Positions 11,586-21,686 of a DNA stretch of 64,000 bases are shown piece after piece; position 1 is the stretch's first letter, and each line of letters opens with the position of its first letter. The position numbers were made by a program, and so were the translations under genes. The notes below the pieces were generated by a model. It searched no databases. It was not told the DNA's origin and was given only the letters and a program-made list of their open reading frames with translations. Where the stretch lies: positions 2,880,001-2,944,000 of the forward strand of contig OZ244160.1 in NCBI GenBank assembly GCA_965216325.1, given 5' to 3'. Source of the DNA: Coraliomargarita sp. (GTDB lineage: Bacteria; Verrucomicrobiota; Verrucomicrobiia; Opitutales; Coraliomargaritaceae).

Positions 11586-11629
11586 TTTTGACAGCCGCAC
11601 TCGATTGAAATCGGGTGCGGCTTTTACTA

Positions 11630-12481
11630 TTATCCTGCGTAAGCTTGGGCCAGCATTGTCTTGAGGCGTTCTGGATCGTTGGCGGACGTTTTTGCGATGA
11701 AGCCTTGGGCGTGGGTGAAGTGCACATCCGGTTCGTCGTTGAGCTGGGTGAAGTCCATGCGCTTGTCGTCGTTGTAGCGGCGCATGCCGTAGCCTTCGCC
11801 ACGACGGTCGGGATACACGAGCGCGAGCACTTCGTCTTCAAGGCCCAGTGCTTCGACATGGTAGCCCAGTCCAGACGAGGGCTCGTCTGGCAGTGGTTCG
11901 GTGCGCGGCATGAAGATCACCTTGAACTGATCGAACTCCCAAACCTCCGCGTGCTCGCTGACGAAGTCGAGCCGTGTGCGCAGGGTGGTTACATAGTCGA
12001 CGAGGTCTTGCCCGATCATGCGCATGATTTCCCAGATCGGTTCGCCGGGTTTGTGGAGTGTTTGCGAGGCGAAACGGCGCAGGATGGTGATGTCGAGGGG
12101 GGAGTTGAGTTTGCCGAGTGTTTCACGATCGATGCCGAGCCATTCGGCAGTGTCGTTGGGGCCGCGGCAATCGAACCACTCGGCGACTTCCAGCCAAGCG
12201 CAGAACTCTTTGCTGTCTTCATAGATACCCAAGTGCTGCAGTACGAGAGAGAGTGCGCAGGTCGGCACGTGCTCGCGAGGCAGTTGGTGGTGGTCGAAGT
12301 TGTGTAGTGTCGCACTGTGCTCATTACCGATATCGACTACGGCAACCCTGGCATCATTGAGATCGGCTTCGGTCGGATCACGACGCTCGATGTTGACGGG
12401 TGCTTCGGTGAGGAGCACGCAACATGCAAGGAAGTCGTCCTTATGTGCGCCGCCTGGGTGGGTTACGATAGATTGGATCAT
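11630..12481 (-). CDS. MYG1 family protein (DHH-like exonuclease)
   Basis: IVTHPGGAHKDD, VVDIG, FDHHQ, FTHAQGFIAK. Confidence 0.85.
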   Translation of the reverse strand: MIQSIVTHPGGAHKDDFLACCVLLTEAPVNIERRDPTEADLNDARVAVVDIGNEHSATLHNFDHHQLPREHVPTCALSLVLQHLGIYEDSKEFCAWLEVAEWFDCRGPNDTAEWLGIDRETLGKLNSPLDITILRRFASQTLHKPGEPIWEIMRMIGQDLVDYVTTLRTRLDFVSEHAEVWEFDQFKVIFMPRTEPLPDEPSSGLGYHVEALGLEDEVLALVYPDRRGEGYGMRRYNDDKRMDFTQLNDEPDVHFTHAQGFIAKTSANDPERLKTMLAQAYAG

Positions 12482-12544
12482 TGCGAGGGAAGCACAGCGG
12501 CTTTGAGGCGCGGTGCGAGCCTTTTATGCTTAAGGTCAAGATGT

Positions 12545-12839
12545 GCAAGGGATTGGTCGGCGGCGATTGATGGCGATGGAGACAGCTATGTTGAGCTTCC
12601 GGGGACAACGCATGGGGCCAGCCCGCGTTCGGTGGTTTTCGAGTTCACCGAGCCACAGATTGTTCGCTCGCTAAATGTCGAGATGCAGGAGAATAGTGAA
12701 GCACGTTGCCTCAAACTCTTTGCAAGTCATGATGGCCAGTCATGGAAACAAGTGGGCTTCTTTCACCGCTGGATTAAGCACTTTGACCCGCGCCGTGAAG
12801 AGTTGGTGCAAGGCTTTCCGGATGCGACAGCGAAGTATT
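12545..12839 (+). pseudogene. Internal fragment of a discoidin/F5-8 (CBM32-like) module, probably from a glycoside hydrolase
   Basis: AAIDGDGDSYVELP...VVFEFTEPQIVRSL...LFASHDGQSWKQV...ATAKY; no start or signal peptide; joined out of frame to the next fragment. Confidence 0.55.
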
Positions 12840-14260
12840 CCAATTCAGCTCAGCAAGAATTGGCATGATATGACGACTGGCCAATACATTCGCTGCTTTA
12901 GCTCGTTACCCGTCGAGCCCGGCAAGCAGGAGTTTCTATTGCGTATTGTCTACGGCTTCTACGGAAGTCTGCCAGCTGCCAGCCATGCACAGCTTTCACT
13001 GGTCGGCTGGGGCAACCATGGTCGTTGGGATCAGTTGGCTATCGGCACCTGGGGTGAGACGATTTGTTTCGATACGGATATGAGTTGCGTCGATGTGGCG
13101 ATTACGGATGTGCGTATGTTGATGGCGCGTAATGGTGCCGAAGGCCAATCATGGAATTGGACGGATGCCGGCTGGGGTGGTGACTGGTTGGGCGTATTCG
13201 ATGCGGCAGGAAAGAAGCTGACAACGACTGAGATGAAGGCGGCTTACCTTGCACAGGGGCCCTGTCTCACCGATGTTCGTTTTAATGGTCATTACGGTGC
13301 GGACCGTCAGGTCGATGTTCAGGTTGATACCAGTACTTTACGAACCGACGATTTTGCCCGAACTTTCTTTAAGGTTCGTTATGATTTCGATCAGGCATTG
13401 GCAGCAGATAAGGCGTGGTTCTTCAAGGCAGGCCGGACCGGTTCATCGGTCTCGCCGAAATTTGCCCATGGTAACGCCGCTGGGCTGATTGAAGACTTGG
13501 AGGTGCCGATTAGCTTGCAGGAGGGACAGGCGCTTTTTGATCGGATGCAAGCCGAAGGCGAGGGGCCATGGTGGGCCGGCTTTCCCGGCGGGTATTTGGT
13601 GGATGGACGCGATTGGGGCATCGGTAGTCGCGCACTCATCGTCCGCTCCTATCGGGCGAGTTTCGGTGGGGTGGAGTATGACCGCCCTTCATTTTCGACT
13701 CCGGTTCATCGCCAGCCACGACCTGAAGGTGCAAATATTGATCTGTTGATTGCGCCTCCAGCCGGTGTGACTGAGTTCCAGCCAGGCGACTATGTGGAAA
13801 TGGAAGTTGAGTTCATGACCTTCCACCGCATTGCGGATGACTATTATGGGCCCAATGAACTTTATCGCCAGCACCTGACTGAATATCCACGATCTTGGAA
13901 GACCATTTACCGTGAAGTTGCGGGCAATGAGCTGGATGTCATTGTCACGGGGGGGGGGAATTACTGTCCTCGTATCCGATTCGTATTCAAGCGACGGATG
14001 TTGAACTGGGCATTACGATTACCGGTGGCAACGGGAAGGTCCCTTTGCAAATCGAGGGGCTGCCTTCGGTTGATGGCTATGAGCTTTATCAACTCGTGGA
14101 TGGCGCTGTGCAACCCTTGGACCAATCCGTTGCTGGCAACGACTTTTGGCAGGTGAATTTTGACCAAAGTTCGCAATTCTTCCGCATCACATACAATCTG
14201 CCGCTGGATCAAGGCGGGCTGACTCGCTGGGTTTTTAGACGCTCGCTGGCCACGAACTAG
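12835..14260 (+). pseudogene. N-terminally truncated, frameshifted paralogue of the 807-aa protein at 27987
   Basis: Shares IPIQLSKNWH, LPAASHAQLSLVGWG, WDQLAIGTWGETIC, ITDVR, GPCLT and YYGP with 27987..30410. Frame shifts at G10 (13949-13958) and continues as ELLSSYPIRIQ... to the stop at 14260. Confidence 0.85.
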
Positions 14261-14289
14261 GCTGCGATCCGAGGTTTTGTGTTTAAGCT

Positions 14290-14324
14290 TGTTAGTGAAA
14301 ACATTTTGTGAATGTTAACTAACA
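14290..14324. promoter_or_regulatory. Candidate LacI-family operators (autoregulation)
   Basis: TGTTAGTGAAAACA (14290-14303) and TGTTAACTAACA (14313-14324) directly upstream of the lacI-type gene. Confidence 0.45.
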
Positions 14325-15355
14325 TGAAGCAACAGTCTGTTAGCATGAAGCAGATCGCCGAGCGTGCGGGCGTATCGATGATGACCGTCTCACGCGTATT
14401 GCGTAATGAATCGAATGTCGCTCCGAAGACGGAAAAGCTGATTCGAGGTATTGCCGACGAATTGGGTTACAAACCGAACCGCCTGGTGCGTGGTATCCAA
14501 AGCGGGCGCAGCGGCATTGTGAGTATTGTGGTCCCTGCGGGCCACGCCATTGCTCCAAGCATCCTTGAGGGCGCCTACGATTATTTCCATGAGAAAGACA
14601 TGATCATGGCGCTCGACCTCGTGCATGGACACTATGGACAGCAGGCATCTGCTGAGCAGAGTAAGGTCATCAATCGATTGCTCGAGAGCCGTGTCGATGG
14701 ATTTATTCTGCTGCCTGTGGACGAAGAGGCGGGCCCGCTGTACTACAAGGAGGTCGTGGACCGTAAGATTCCGCTGGTATTAGTCGACCGTCAACCGACT
14801 GGCTTTGATGTCGACTTTGTGGGCACGGACGATGTGGCGGGAGGCTATGAGGCGGCCCGTGTGCTTGCGAAGAATGGCTGCAAATCAGTCGTGTTGCTCT
14901 CTACCGGCGACTATGTGAGCACCAGTCGTATGCGTTCGGAGGGCTTCCGCAAGGGGGTGCAAGATTTTGGCATGAAATTGGTCGGCGACATCGCGGCGCA
15001 GGACATTGCTGCAAACGCCAATTTGGTAGATACTGAGTTGAAGAAATTGAAAGGGCAGTTTGATGGTGTCTTTGGAATTGCCGACCGTTTGGCGATTAGT
15101 GCTTGGCATAGTTGCAAAGCACTGAAGCTTTCCATCCCCAGTCAGGTGAAGATCATCGGCTTCGGTGCGTTGAATTTGCGTGACCCGCGTGTGGCGCTTT
15201 CGACCTTCGACCAAGAAGCCTACGAAATCGGACAAAATGCGGCGAAGCTTCTGGTGGAACGCATCGAGAAGGGACCGGGCGTGCGCCGTCCACGGTCCAA
15301 GTCGATTTTGAATACACCGATTTTCCTTGAGGGCACCTCGTGCCCAGCTGTCTAA
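14312..15355 (+). CDS. LacI family transcriptional regulator (start may be 14324)
   Basis: MKQIAERAGVSMMTVSRVL, LGYKPN, VDGFIL, PLVLVDR, VGTDDVAGG. Confidence 0.95.
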   Translation: MLTNMKQQSVSMKQIAERAGVSMMTVSRVLRNESNVAPKTEKLIRGIADELGYKPNRLVRGIQSGRSGIVSIVVPAGHAIAPSILEGAYDYFHEKDMIMALDLVHGHYGQQASAEQSKVINRLLESRVDGFILLPVDEEAGPLYYKEVVDRKIPLVLVDRQPTGFDVDFVGTDDVAGGYEAARVLAKNGCKSVVLLSTGDYVSTSRMRSEGFRKGVQDFGMKLVGDIAAQDIAANANLVDTELKKLKGQFDGVFGIADRLAISAWHSCKALKLSIPSQVKIIGFGALNLRDPRVALSTFDQEAYEIGQNAAKLLVERIEKGPGVRRPRSKSILNTPIFLEGTSCPAV

Positions 15356-15370
15356 GGCTCTTGGTCGCCG

Positions 15371-15721
15371 CTAGTCGCGGCTAGTCTTGGCCAAATCCTG
15401 GCAAACGCCAGCGAACCACTTGTTGAGTTCGGCCTCGAGCCGTTGTACTTTCTGCTGGTTCGCGTCCGCCAGGTTGTTCTGTTCGAGTGGATCGTCTTTC
15501 AAATTGTAGAGCTCCATCGGTGGAGGAGGTGGTAAGTCGACTTCAGGCGCTGGGTCGCGCGGATTGCGTTTGAGGAAATCAATCGCCTCGTCGGTCCAGA
15601 ATTCGGTCAGGTAGCGGCCGTCGGCGCGGATGACTTTAGAGCCGGATTCCAAGCGCCAGTCATAATAATCATGCATGCCCCCGCGGAAGCAGATTGCTTC
15701 GTTGAAGCCACGCTGCGCGGG
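15371..15721 (-). pseudogene. Doubly deleted sulfatase remnant
   Basis: PAQRGFNE..GGMHDYYDW..YLTEFWTDEAIDFLKRN joined directly to the C-terminal ELYNLKDDPLEQNNLA; the N-terminal CxPxR region and the central domain are missing. Confidence 0.8.
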
Positions 15722-16291
15722 CCATTCATGAGCATTTCGGATTTTGTGAATCATCGCGTAGGGCCGTTGGATACTGCCACCTCATATACTGGAGCGCTTC
15801 AAGCTGCCATTGACTTAGAGTCTGGAGTGGGCGGTAGTGGTATTAACTCCGGCTCTCGTGCCGCTGCAGCCAATAGTGCCGCCGTTGATGCGAACGCTTT
15901 GACTGGAACTTTGGCCCCTGCAAACAAGTATGTGCTGTATCCTGGACCAAGTAACGAGAGGAAAAGTACGACAGGTATCCCAGGGGATATTACCCAAGCG
16001 GATATTTTACGCCCCATAGCACCACGCCTCAATGCACGTTCGGATACCTTTCGGATTCGTGCTTATGGAGAAGTTCAAGATTCTTTTGGGAATGTATCGT
16101 CAGCCATCTGTGAGGCCGTGGTTCAGCGTGTACCAGAGTATCTAGAGCAGGATATTTCCTCTGGCGGAAATGATCCTTGGGACGATAGTGATACTTTAAC
16201 GAGTGATCGACCGCTGGGTTCGATCAATCAACAGTTTGGGCGTCGTTTCAAAATTCATAGTGTCCAGTGGCTGAATTCCAATGATGTATAA
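15716..16291 (+). pseudogene. C-terminal remnant of a large Verrucomicrobia-type (pilin/T2SS-cassette-like) protein
   Basis: RGPFMSISDFVN, GALQAAID, GIPGDITQADIL, ARSDTFRIRAYG, EAVVQRVPEY, GRRFKIHSVQWL. No N-terminus and more AT-rich than its neighbours. Family assignment is from recollection. Confidence 0.55.
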
Positions 16292-16772
16292 ATATTTGCG
16301 CAAGAGACAGGCAGGGATATGGTTTTCATCCTTCCCCCAGCGAATCCTGGGGGACGAGTTATTGTAAAGCTGCTCCCGCAACTCATTGCATTTTCGCGTC
16401 AACGAGCAGCATCCCCTTCGAGGTGATTTTCCGCAGGGGAGTTGCCTGAGAGCTCAAGAAGTGGATCAACTAGTTTCTTTTGCCTTCGTTTTATGCTTCG
16501 GTCACAACTTGCGGCCACGCGAACTCTATCATCAATCTGAAATGGGATAGGCTCTAAGTGTCACATCGGGCTTTTTAAGGCACGACTAAATAGACTGCCT
16601 ACCGGTCAAATGCGTAAAGGTTGGAATACTGCCTGTGCTCAACAGATTGTTGACTGGGTTCCAGAGGTGCCCTTTTGTCTGATGTCTCCTGTGTTTGCGG
16701 GATTACGTGTGTATGTCATTCGCATATACTGGTGTATATTGCATTCTGTTTAACTTAGAAAGAACTCCACTA

Positions 16773-18152
16773 TTGAAGAAGCTAATTTTGACTTGGCTGG
16801 CAGCAGCTGTGCTGTTGCCTATTTGCGCGCAGGCGAACGACTCGAAAATGGACTGGTGGCTGGACGGTAAGTTTGGCCTGTTTGTGCACTGGGGGCCATC
16901 GAGTGTGGCAGGGGTCGAAATCAGTTGGGCGCGTCAATCGCACCCCTTTGACCATGAGGGACGCTTGAACCTGGTTCCCGATGAGGAATACGACGCACTC
17001 TATAAGCAGTTCAACCCGGTGAATTTTGATGCCGATGCCATGGCACTTGCAGCTAAACAGGCGGGCATGAAGTATCTGGTCTTCACGGCGAAGCATCACG
17101 ATGGCTTTTCGAATTGGCCGACGGAGCTGTCCGATTACAACATCATGAACACGCCCTATGGTCGTGATATTTGTCAAGAGATTGCGGATGCCTGCCGTAA
17201 ACATGGGCTGAAGTTGGGTTGGTATTACTCGACCCGCGATTGGTATCACCCGGACTACCTCGTGGGGGACAATGAGAAATACAATGATTTCTATCATGGT
17301 CAGATTCGTGAACTGCTGACCAACTATGGCGATGTGGCGGTGCTCTGGTTCGACCATGTTGCCGGGCGCTGGGATCAGTATCGTTTTGAAGAGCTGTTTG
17401 AGATGATCTATGAGCTGCAGCCGAACATCATTGTGAATGATCGTGCGGCTAAGTTTATTTTCAGGCACAAGGCGGGAGCGCCGACACCTGAGTTGGAAGC
17501 GCTCACCCGAGGGGATTTCAAGACACCCGAGGGGAAAATCGGGGTGTTTCATAAGGACTTCCCATGGGAGACCTGCATGCCGATGTCGAAAGGCCCGGAT
17601 GGCCATGGTGGTTGGTCGTATCGCCCGGAAGCCATTACTGCGAGCTTCGAGAAGTGCGCTGAAATGTTGGCGGCCTGTGTCACGGGCTGTGGCAATATGT
17701 TGCTGAATATCGGCCCGATGGCCGATGGTTCGATTCGTCCGTCGGAACTGGAAAATCTTGAAAAGTTTGAGCCATGGATCGCGACCTATGGTGAAAGCAT
17801 TTATGGCACCGAGGGTGGTCCTTACGTCAGTGGCCAATGGGGAGGTTCCTGCATGAAGGGGGATACGCTCTATTTGCACATTTTTCAATGGAATGACGGT
17901 GCACTTCACCTGCCGTCGTTGCCTCGCCGGGTGCTCAGTGCAGAAGAGCTCGGTGGTGAGTCGGTTCAGTTCAGGCAGGGAAGGGCAGGTTTGGTCCTGA
18001 CGCTTGAGGGCGGCAAGCAGCGCGCGCTGCACAGTGTGGTTAAGCTCCAGTTGAAACCGGGTGCGGAGATTGATTTGATTCCTGTCGAAGGTTGGCAGCC
18101 GAAGGAGCAACATGGGGGGCTGGTGAACCCCATGAAGGACGCTAAAAAGTAG
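16773..18152 (+). CDS. Alpha-L-fucosidase, GH29, secreted
   Basis: Signal peptide MKKLILTWLAAAVLLPICAQA (TTG at 16773); KFGLFVHWG, AGMKYLVFTAKHHDGF, LWFD, VNDR, TPE, WETC, NMLLNIGP, GESIYGT. Confidence 0.93.
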   Translation: MKKLILTWLAAAVLLPICAQANDSKMDWWLDGKFGLFVHWGPSSVAGVEISWARQSHPFDHEGRLNLVPDEEYDALYKQFNPVNFDADAMALAAKQAGMKYLVFTAKHHDGFSNWPTELSDYNIMNTPYGRDICQEIADACRKHGLKLGWYYSTRDWYHPDYLVGDNEKYNDFYHGQIRELLTNYGDVAVLWFDHVAGRWDQYRFEELFEMIYELQPNIIVNDRAAKFIFRHKAGAPTPELEALTRGDFKTPEGKIGVFHKDFPWETCMPMSKGPDGHGGWSYRPEAITASFEKCAEMLAACVTGCGNMLLNIGPMADGSIRPSELENLEKFEPWIATYGESIYGTEGGPYVSGQWGGSCMKGDTLYLHIFQWNDGALHLPSLPRRVLSAEELGGESVQFRQGRAGLVLTLEGGKQRALHSVVKLQLKPGAEIDLIPVEGWQPKEQHGGLVNPMKDAKK

Positions 18153-18209
18153 CGGTTCGATTGAGTTTTGTCGCGGGGCACTCGCTGAGTGCGCTGCTTT
18201 TCTATGAAG

Positions 18210-18289
18210 TGGAGAGCAATGCTCCGTCATTGCTGCTACCGAGCCGAGGCGCACATCATCGTCTGGCAACGACGGAGCGTTGCCCTCCA
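18210..18289. repeat. REP-like doublet, family D (TGGAG ends)
   Basis: TGGAGAGCAATGCTCCGTCATTGC...GGCAACGACGGAGCGTTGCCCTCCA; related copy at 34301-34371. Confidence 0.85.
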
Positions 18290-18327
18290 GTCTTATACCA
18301 TTTTGAATCAAATGTGGGCGGATCATA

Positions 18328-18460
18328 CCCCTGCGTCGTAGCCAGCGAAGCCCCCCCTTAACTGCGGAGGAGTTTTCTTCTCATTTAAGCTCCCTCCGCT
18401 GAGGAGGCGTGAATCGCAAGCCCTGAGCTTGTCGAGGGTGGGAAGCGAGACCGGGGGGGG
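18328..18460. repeat. Composite C-tract/G-tract palindrome with nested CCCTGAGCTTGTCGAGGG
   Basis: CCCCTGCG...GCGGAGGAG/CTCCCTCCGC...CCGGGGGGGG; nested element starts at 18421. Confidence 0.6.
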
Positions 18461-18497
18461 AGCCGGATTCAACCTATTGCGAATCAGTATTATCTAT

Positions 18498-19910
18498 ATG
18501 TCATTTCTAAGAGCCTGCCTTTCTTTGTTCGCCGTGATCGGTCCCGTTGCTGCACTGCCTGCGACTGCGGAACCGGATGAGCGTCCCAACATCCTGTTTA
18601 TTTTTGCCGATGACTGGGGCTGGGGCGACTTGAGTTGCCATGGGCATCCGTATGTGAAGACGCCAAATATTGATCGTCTCGCACACGAAGGCACCGACTA
18701 TCATCATTTCACGGTCGCGAGTGGGGTTTGCTCTCCAAGTCGGGCAGCAGTGATGACAGGGCACTTTCCGGCGCGTTACAGCATCGACGGGCACTTTGCC
18801 TGGGTACCGGATAATGCGCGTCGTGGCATGCCGGATTGGCTGTCATTGGACGCACCCTTGTTACCGCGCATGCTGCAGGAAGGTGGCTATGCGACTGCGC
18901 ACTATGGCAAGTGGCACTTGGCGAACGATATGATTCCGGACTCTCCGTTGCCGGGCTTGTATGGCTACGACCACTACGGTGCGTTTAATTGTGCGGGTGA
19001 GCAGATGCCGTTTCATGAGGATGCGCTCAATACGATTCAGTTTATTGAGCAGGCGCATGCCGCGGGGAAGCCTTTTTTTGTGAACTTGTGGATCCACGAG
19101 CCGCATACACCCTTTCATGTTTTGCCCAAGTATCGCTGGCGATTTCCGGAGCTGGAACCTGCAGACAATATCTATGCTGCGACCTTGGCGCATGCGGATG
19201 CGCGCATCGGTGAGGTCTTGGATGCCTTGGATCGCCTGGGAGTGAGTGAAAACACGCTGGTGATTTTTAGTTCGGATAACGGACCTGCCCGTGCGGCCGG
19301 GCCTACGGAGTTGAAATTGAGCTACGACACGGCGACTGGTGCGGGCTTCGGTATCGGTGCTGCGAAGGGGCTCACTGCCGGACGCAAGGCATACAAAGGC
19401 TCTCTGTTTGAGGGGGGGATTAATGTGCCATTTATAGTCCGTTGGCCGGGGAAGGTTGCTGCGGGTGAAGTGGATGCAGTCTCGATGCTCTCAGCGGTAG
19501 ACTTGCTGCCGACCTTTTGTGAGCTCGCACAGGTGGATTTGCCGAATGCTTATGAGCCGGATGGCTTGAGCCAGGTTTCTGTGCTGATGGGCGAGCGCAA
19601 GCCTTTGCGCGAAAAGCCCTTATTTTGGAAGATGGATGCTGCGTGGCCCGCGGCTGATGCGCGCCCGGACCACTGGGCTGCTTATGCGATTGTTGTGCAA
19701 GAGTGGAAGCTGCTGACCAATACGGACGGTCGCTATGTTGAACTGTATCGTATTGCTGAAGATCCCTATGAGTCGAATGATTTGAAGGAAGCTTATCCGG
19801 AGGTCGTTGCTAGCTTGCAAGCGCAGTTGAAGGCGTGGCAGCAGTCGCTTCCGGGGGAGCCTACCGGCAATGTGTTCTCTGCGGAGCGACACTCTGTTAA
19901 ACTACCATGA
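18498..19910 (+). CDS. Formylglycine-dependent sulfatase (family S1), secreted
   Basis: Signal peptide; RPNILFIFADDWG, CSPSRAAVMTG, GKWHL, SSDNG, KGSLFEGG. Confidence 0.95.
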   Translation: MSFLRACLSLFAVIGPVAALPATAEPDERPNILFIFADDWGWGDLSCHGHPYVKTPNIDRLAHEGTDYHHFTVASGVCSPSRAAVMTGHFPARYSIDGHFAWVPDNARRGMPDWLSLDAPLLPRMLQEGGYATAHYGKWHLANDMIPDSPLPGLYGYDHYGAFNCAGEQMPFHEDALNTIQFIEQAHAAGKPFFVNLWIHEPHTPFHVLPKYRWRFPELEPADNIYAATLAHADARIGEVLDALDRLGVSENTLVIFSSDNGPARAAGPTELKLSYDTATGAGFGIGAAKGLTAGRKAYKGSLFEGGINVPFIVRWPGKVAAGEVDAVSMLSAVDLLPTFCELAQVDLPNAYEPDGLSQVSVLMGERKPLREKPLFWKMDAAWPAADARPDHWAAYAIVVQEWKLLTNTDGRYVELYRIAEDPYESNDLKEAYPEVVASLQAQLKAWQQSLPGEPTGNVFSAERHSVKLP

Positions 19911-20089
19911 CCGAGGCCGGAGCATGTTTGATTTTTGAGAAGGCGATTCTGTGCGCAGGAGGGCCGCAAGGAGTGCCTTTGGGGAGCTGGACAGGTGGAC
20001 TGTGGGGGTGATACGGATCTAATCGGTTAACATGCAAAAGTTGTTGCCATTCCGCTGATACTATTAACATTTTGACGTAAAATTGTTTT

Positions 20090-21646
20090 ATGAAAGTGAC
20101 TACGCATCTATTTCTGTCTGCATCCTGTTTGTTGGGTGCACTTGTTTCCGTGACTGCTGAAGCGGCGTCGGAGCAGCCGAACATTCTTTTCATTCTGGCG
20201 GATGACCAAGGCTATGGTGATATCCAGCGTCATGGGCACCCGTATCTGCAGACGCCGAATTTGAATCGTTTGTATGACTAGAGTGTGCGGATGGATAACT
20301 TTTATGTGAGTCCATCCTGTTCGCCGACGCGTGCGGCGCTGATGACGGGCATGCACGAGTTTCGCAATGGTGTGACGCATACCTTGATTCCTCGTGAGCA
20401 TCTACATATCGATGCCACGACTTTTCCGCAGTTGCTGCAAAATGCTGGTTATTTCACTGGCTTTATCGGTAAATGGCATTTGGGAGATGGGAAAGGCTAC
20501 TCACCACAGTTTCGTGGTTTTGACTGGTGCTCGACCAATACTCAGGGGCCGCGCAAGCACTTTGATGTAGAGATTGTGCGCAACAACAAGCGGATCCAGA
20601 CCCAGGGCTACCGCGAGGATGTTTATGTGGATGAAGCCTTTGCGTTTATCGAAGACAGTGGTGATCAGCCGTTCTTTCTGTATTTTTCTACATACTCACC
20701 GCATACGCCGTTGGCTGCACCGGAATCCTATATCAAGCCCTTCAAAGATGCAGGCTTGAACGATACCCATGCGACTTACTTGGCAATGATTGAGAATGTA
20801 GACTACAATGTCGGTCGTCTTTTGGACTATTTGGAGGACAAGGGCATTGCTGACAACACGATCGTGATCTTCATGAACGACAATGGTGTCACTGAAGGTT
20901 TGGATGTCTACAATGCGGGGATGCGGGGATGTAAAGCGACGGCATGGCAGGGTGGTTCGCGTGCGATGTCTTTCTGGCGTTGGCCGGGAAAGTGGCAGCC
21001 TTACACTTCAGATAATCTCTCAGCGCATTTGGATGTCTTACCCACGCTGTGTGAGGTAGCCGGAGCGAGGATCCCGGAGGACTTACAAGCTGATCTAGAG
21101 GGCTATAGTTTACTGCCTGTGCTGGAAGCGGGAGAGCCGATTAGTTGGCATGATGATCGCTTGCTCTATCATCATGTTGGGCGTTGGCCGAGTGGTTTGG
21201 CCGAGTCGCATAAATACGCGATGGTGAGTGTGCGTCGTGGCAAATACCTACTGGTGCGTAGCAATGCCTGTGGTGATCCGAAGTGTGAGGAATTTATGAG
21301 TCAGTGCACGACTATGCGTGCGGTGGAGAAGGGGTTAACTACAACGACGTATGCCTATGGCACCGCGCAGGAGCATTGGGCTTTGTATAATGTGGAAGAG
21401 GACCCCGCTTGTCAGAAAGACCTCGCGCGCTCGTTACCGGAATTGGCTGCAAGCTTAGTCTCGGCGTATGATCGTTGGTGGGATGGAATGTATCCCACCA
21501 TGCTTGCAAACGGTGGTGATTCCGGTGATCCATGGGCGAGTGCCAAAGCTTCGAAGAAGGCGCGTTCCTGGAAGGGACCGACTTCAGACACGGAAGCTGC
21601 TAAAGCTAAGGTAGAAGCGACAGAGGGCACGGCCAACGAAGAGTGA
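20090..21646 (+). pseudogene. S1 sulfatase interrupted by an in-frame TAG (20279-20281)
   Basis: QPNILFILADDQGYG...[31 protein letters not shown]; both ORF halves are in the same frame. Confidence 0.9.
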
Positions 21647-21686
21647 GCCATTGCTGTGTTTGAATTTTAAGTATTTTGAAAGGGCT

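Noticed and set aside
12675..12834. N-terminal part of ORF 12675..14156 as real coding sequence
   Set aside because: It is an off-frame read of the discoidin fragment; similarity to the paralogue begins only at IPIQLSKNWH.
16292..16700. Intergenic hairpin TCCCCCAG/CTGGGGGA and possible gene remnants
   Set aside because: No U-tract, no second copy and no interpretable translation.
16782..18326. 514-aa minus-strand ORF
   Set aside because: Antisense shadow of the GH29 gene; no motifs.
20279..20281. TAG recoding or readthrough explaining the in-frame stops
   Set aside because: Many intact genes end in TAG (e.g. 5086, 7592, 8516), one lesion is TAA, and no pyl genes are present.
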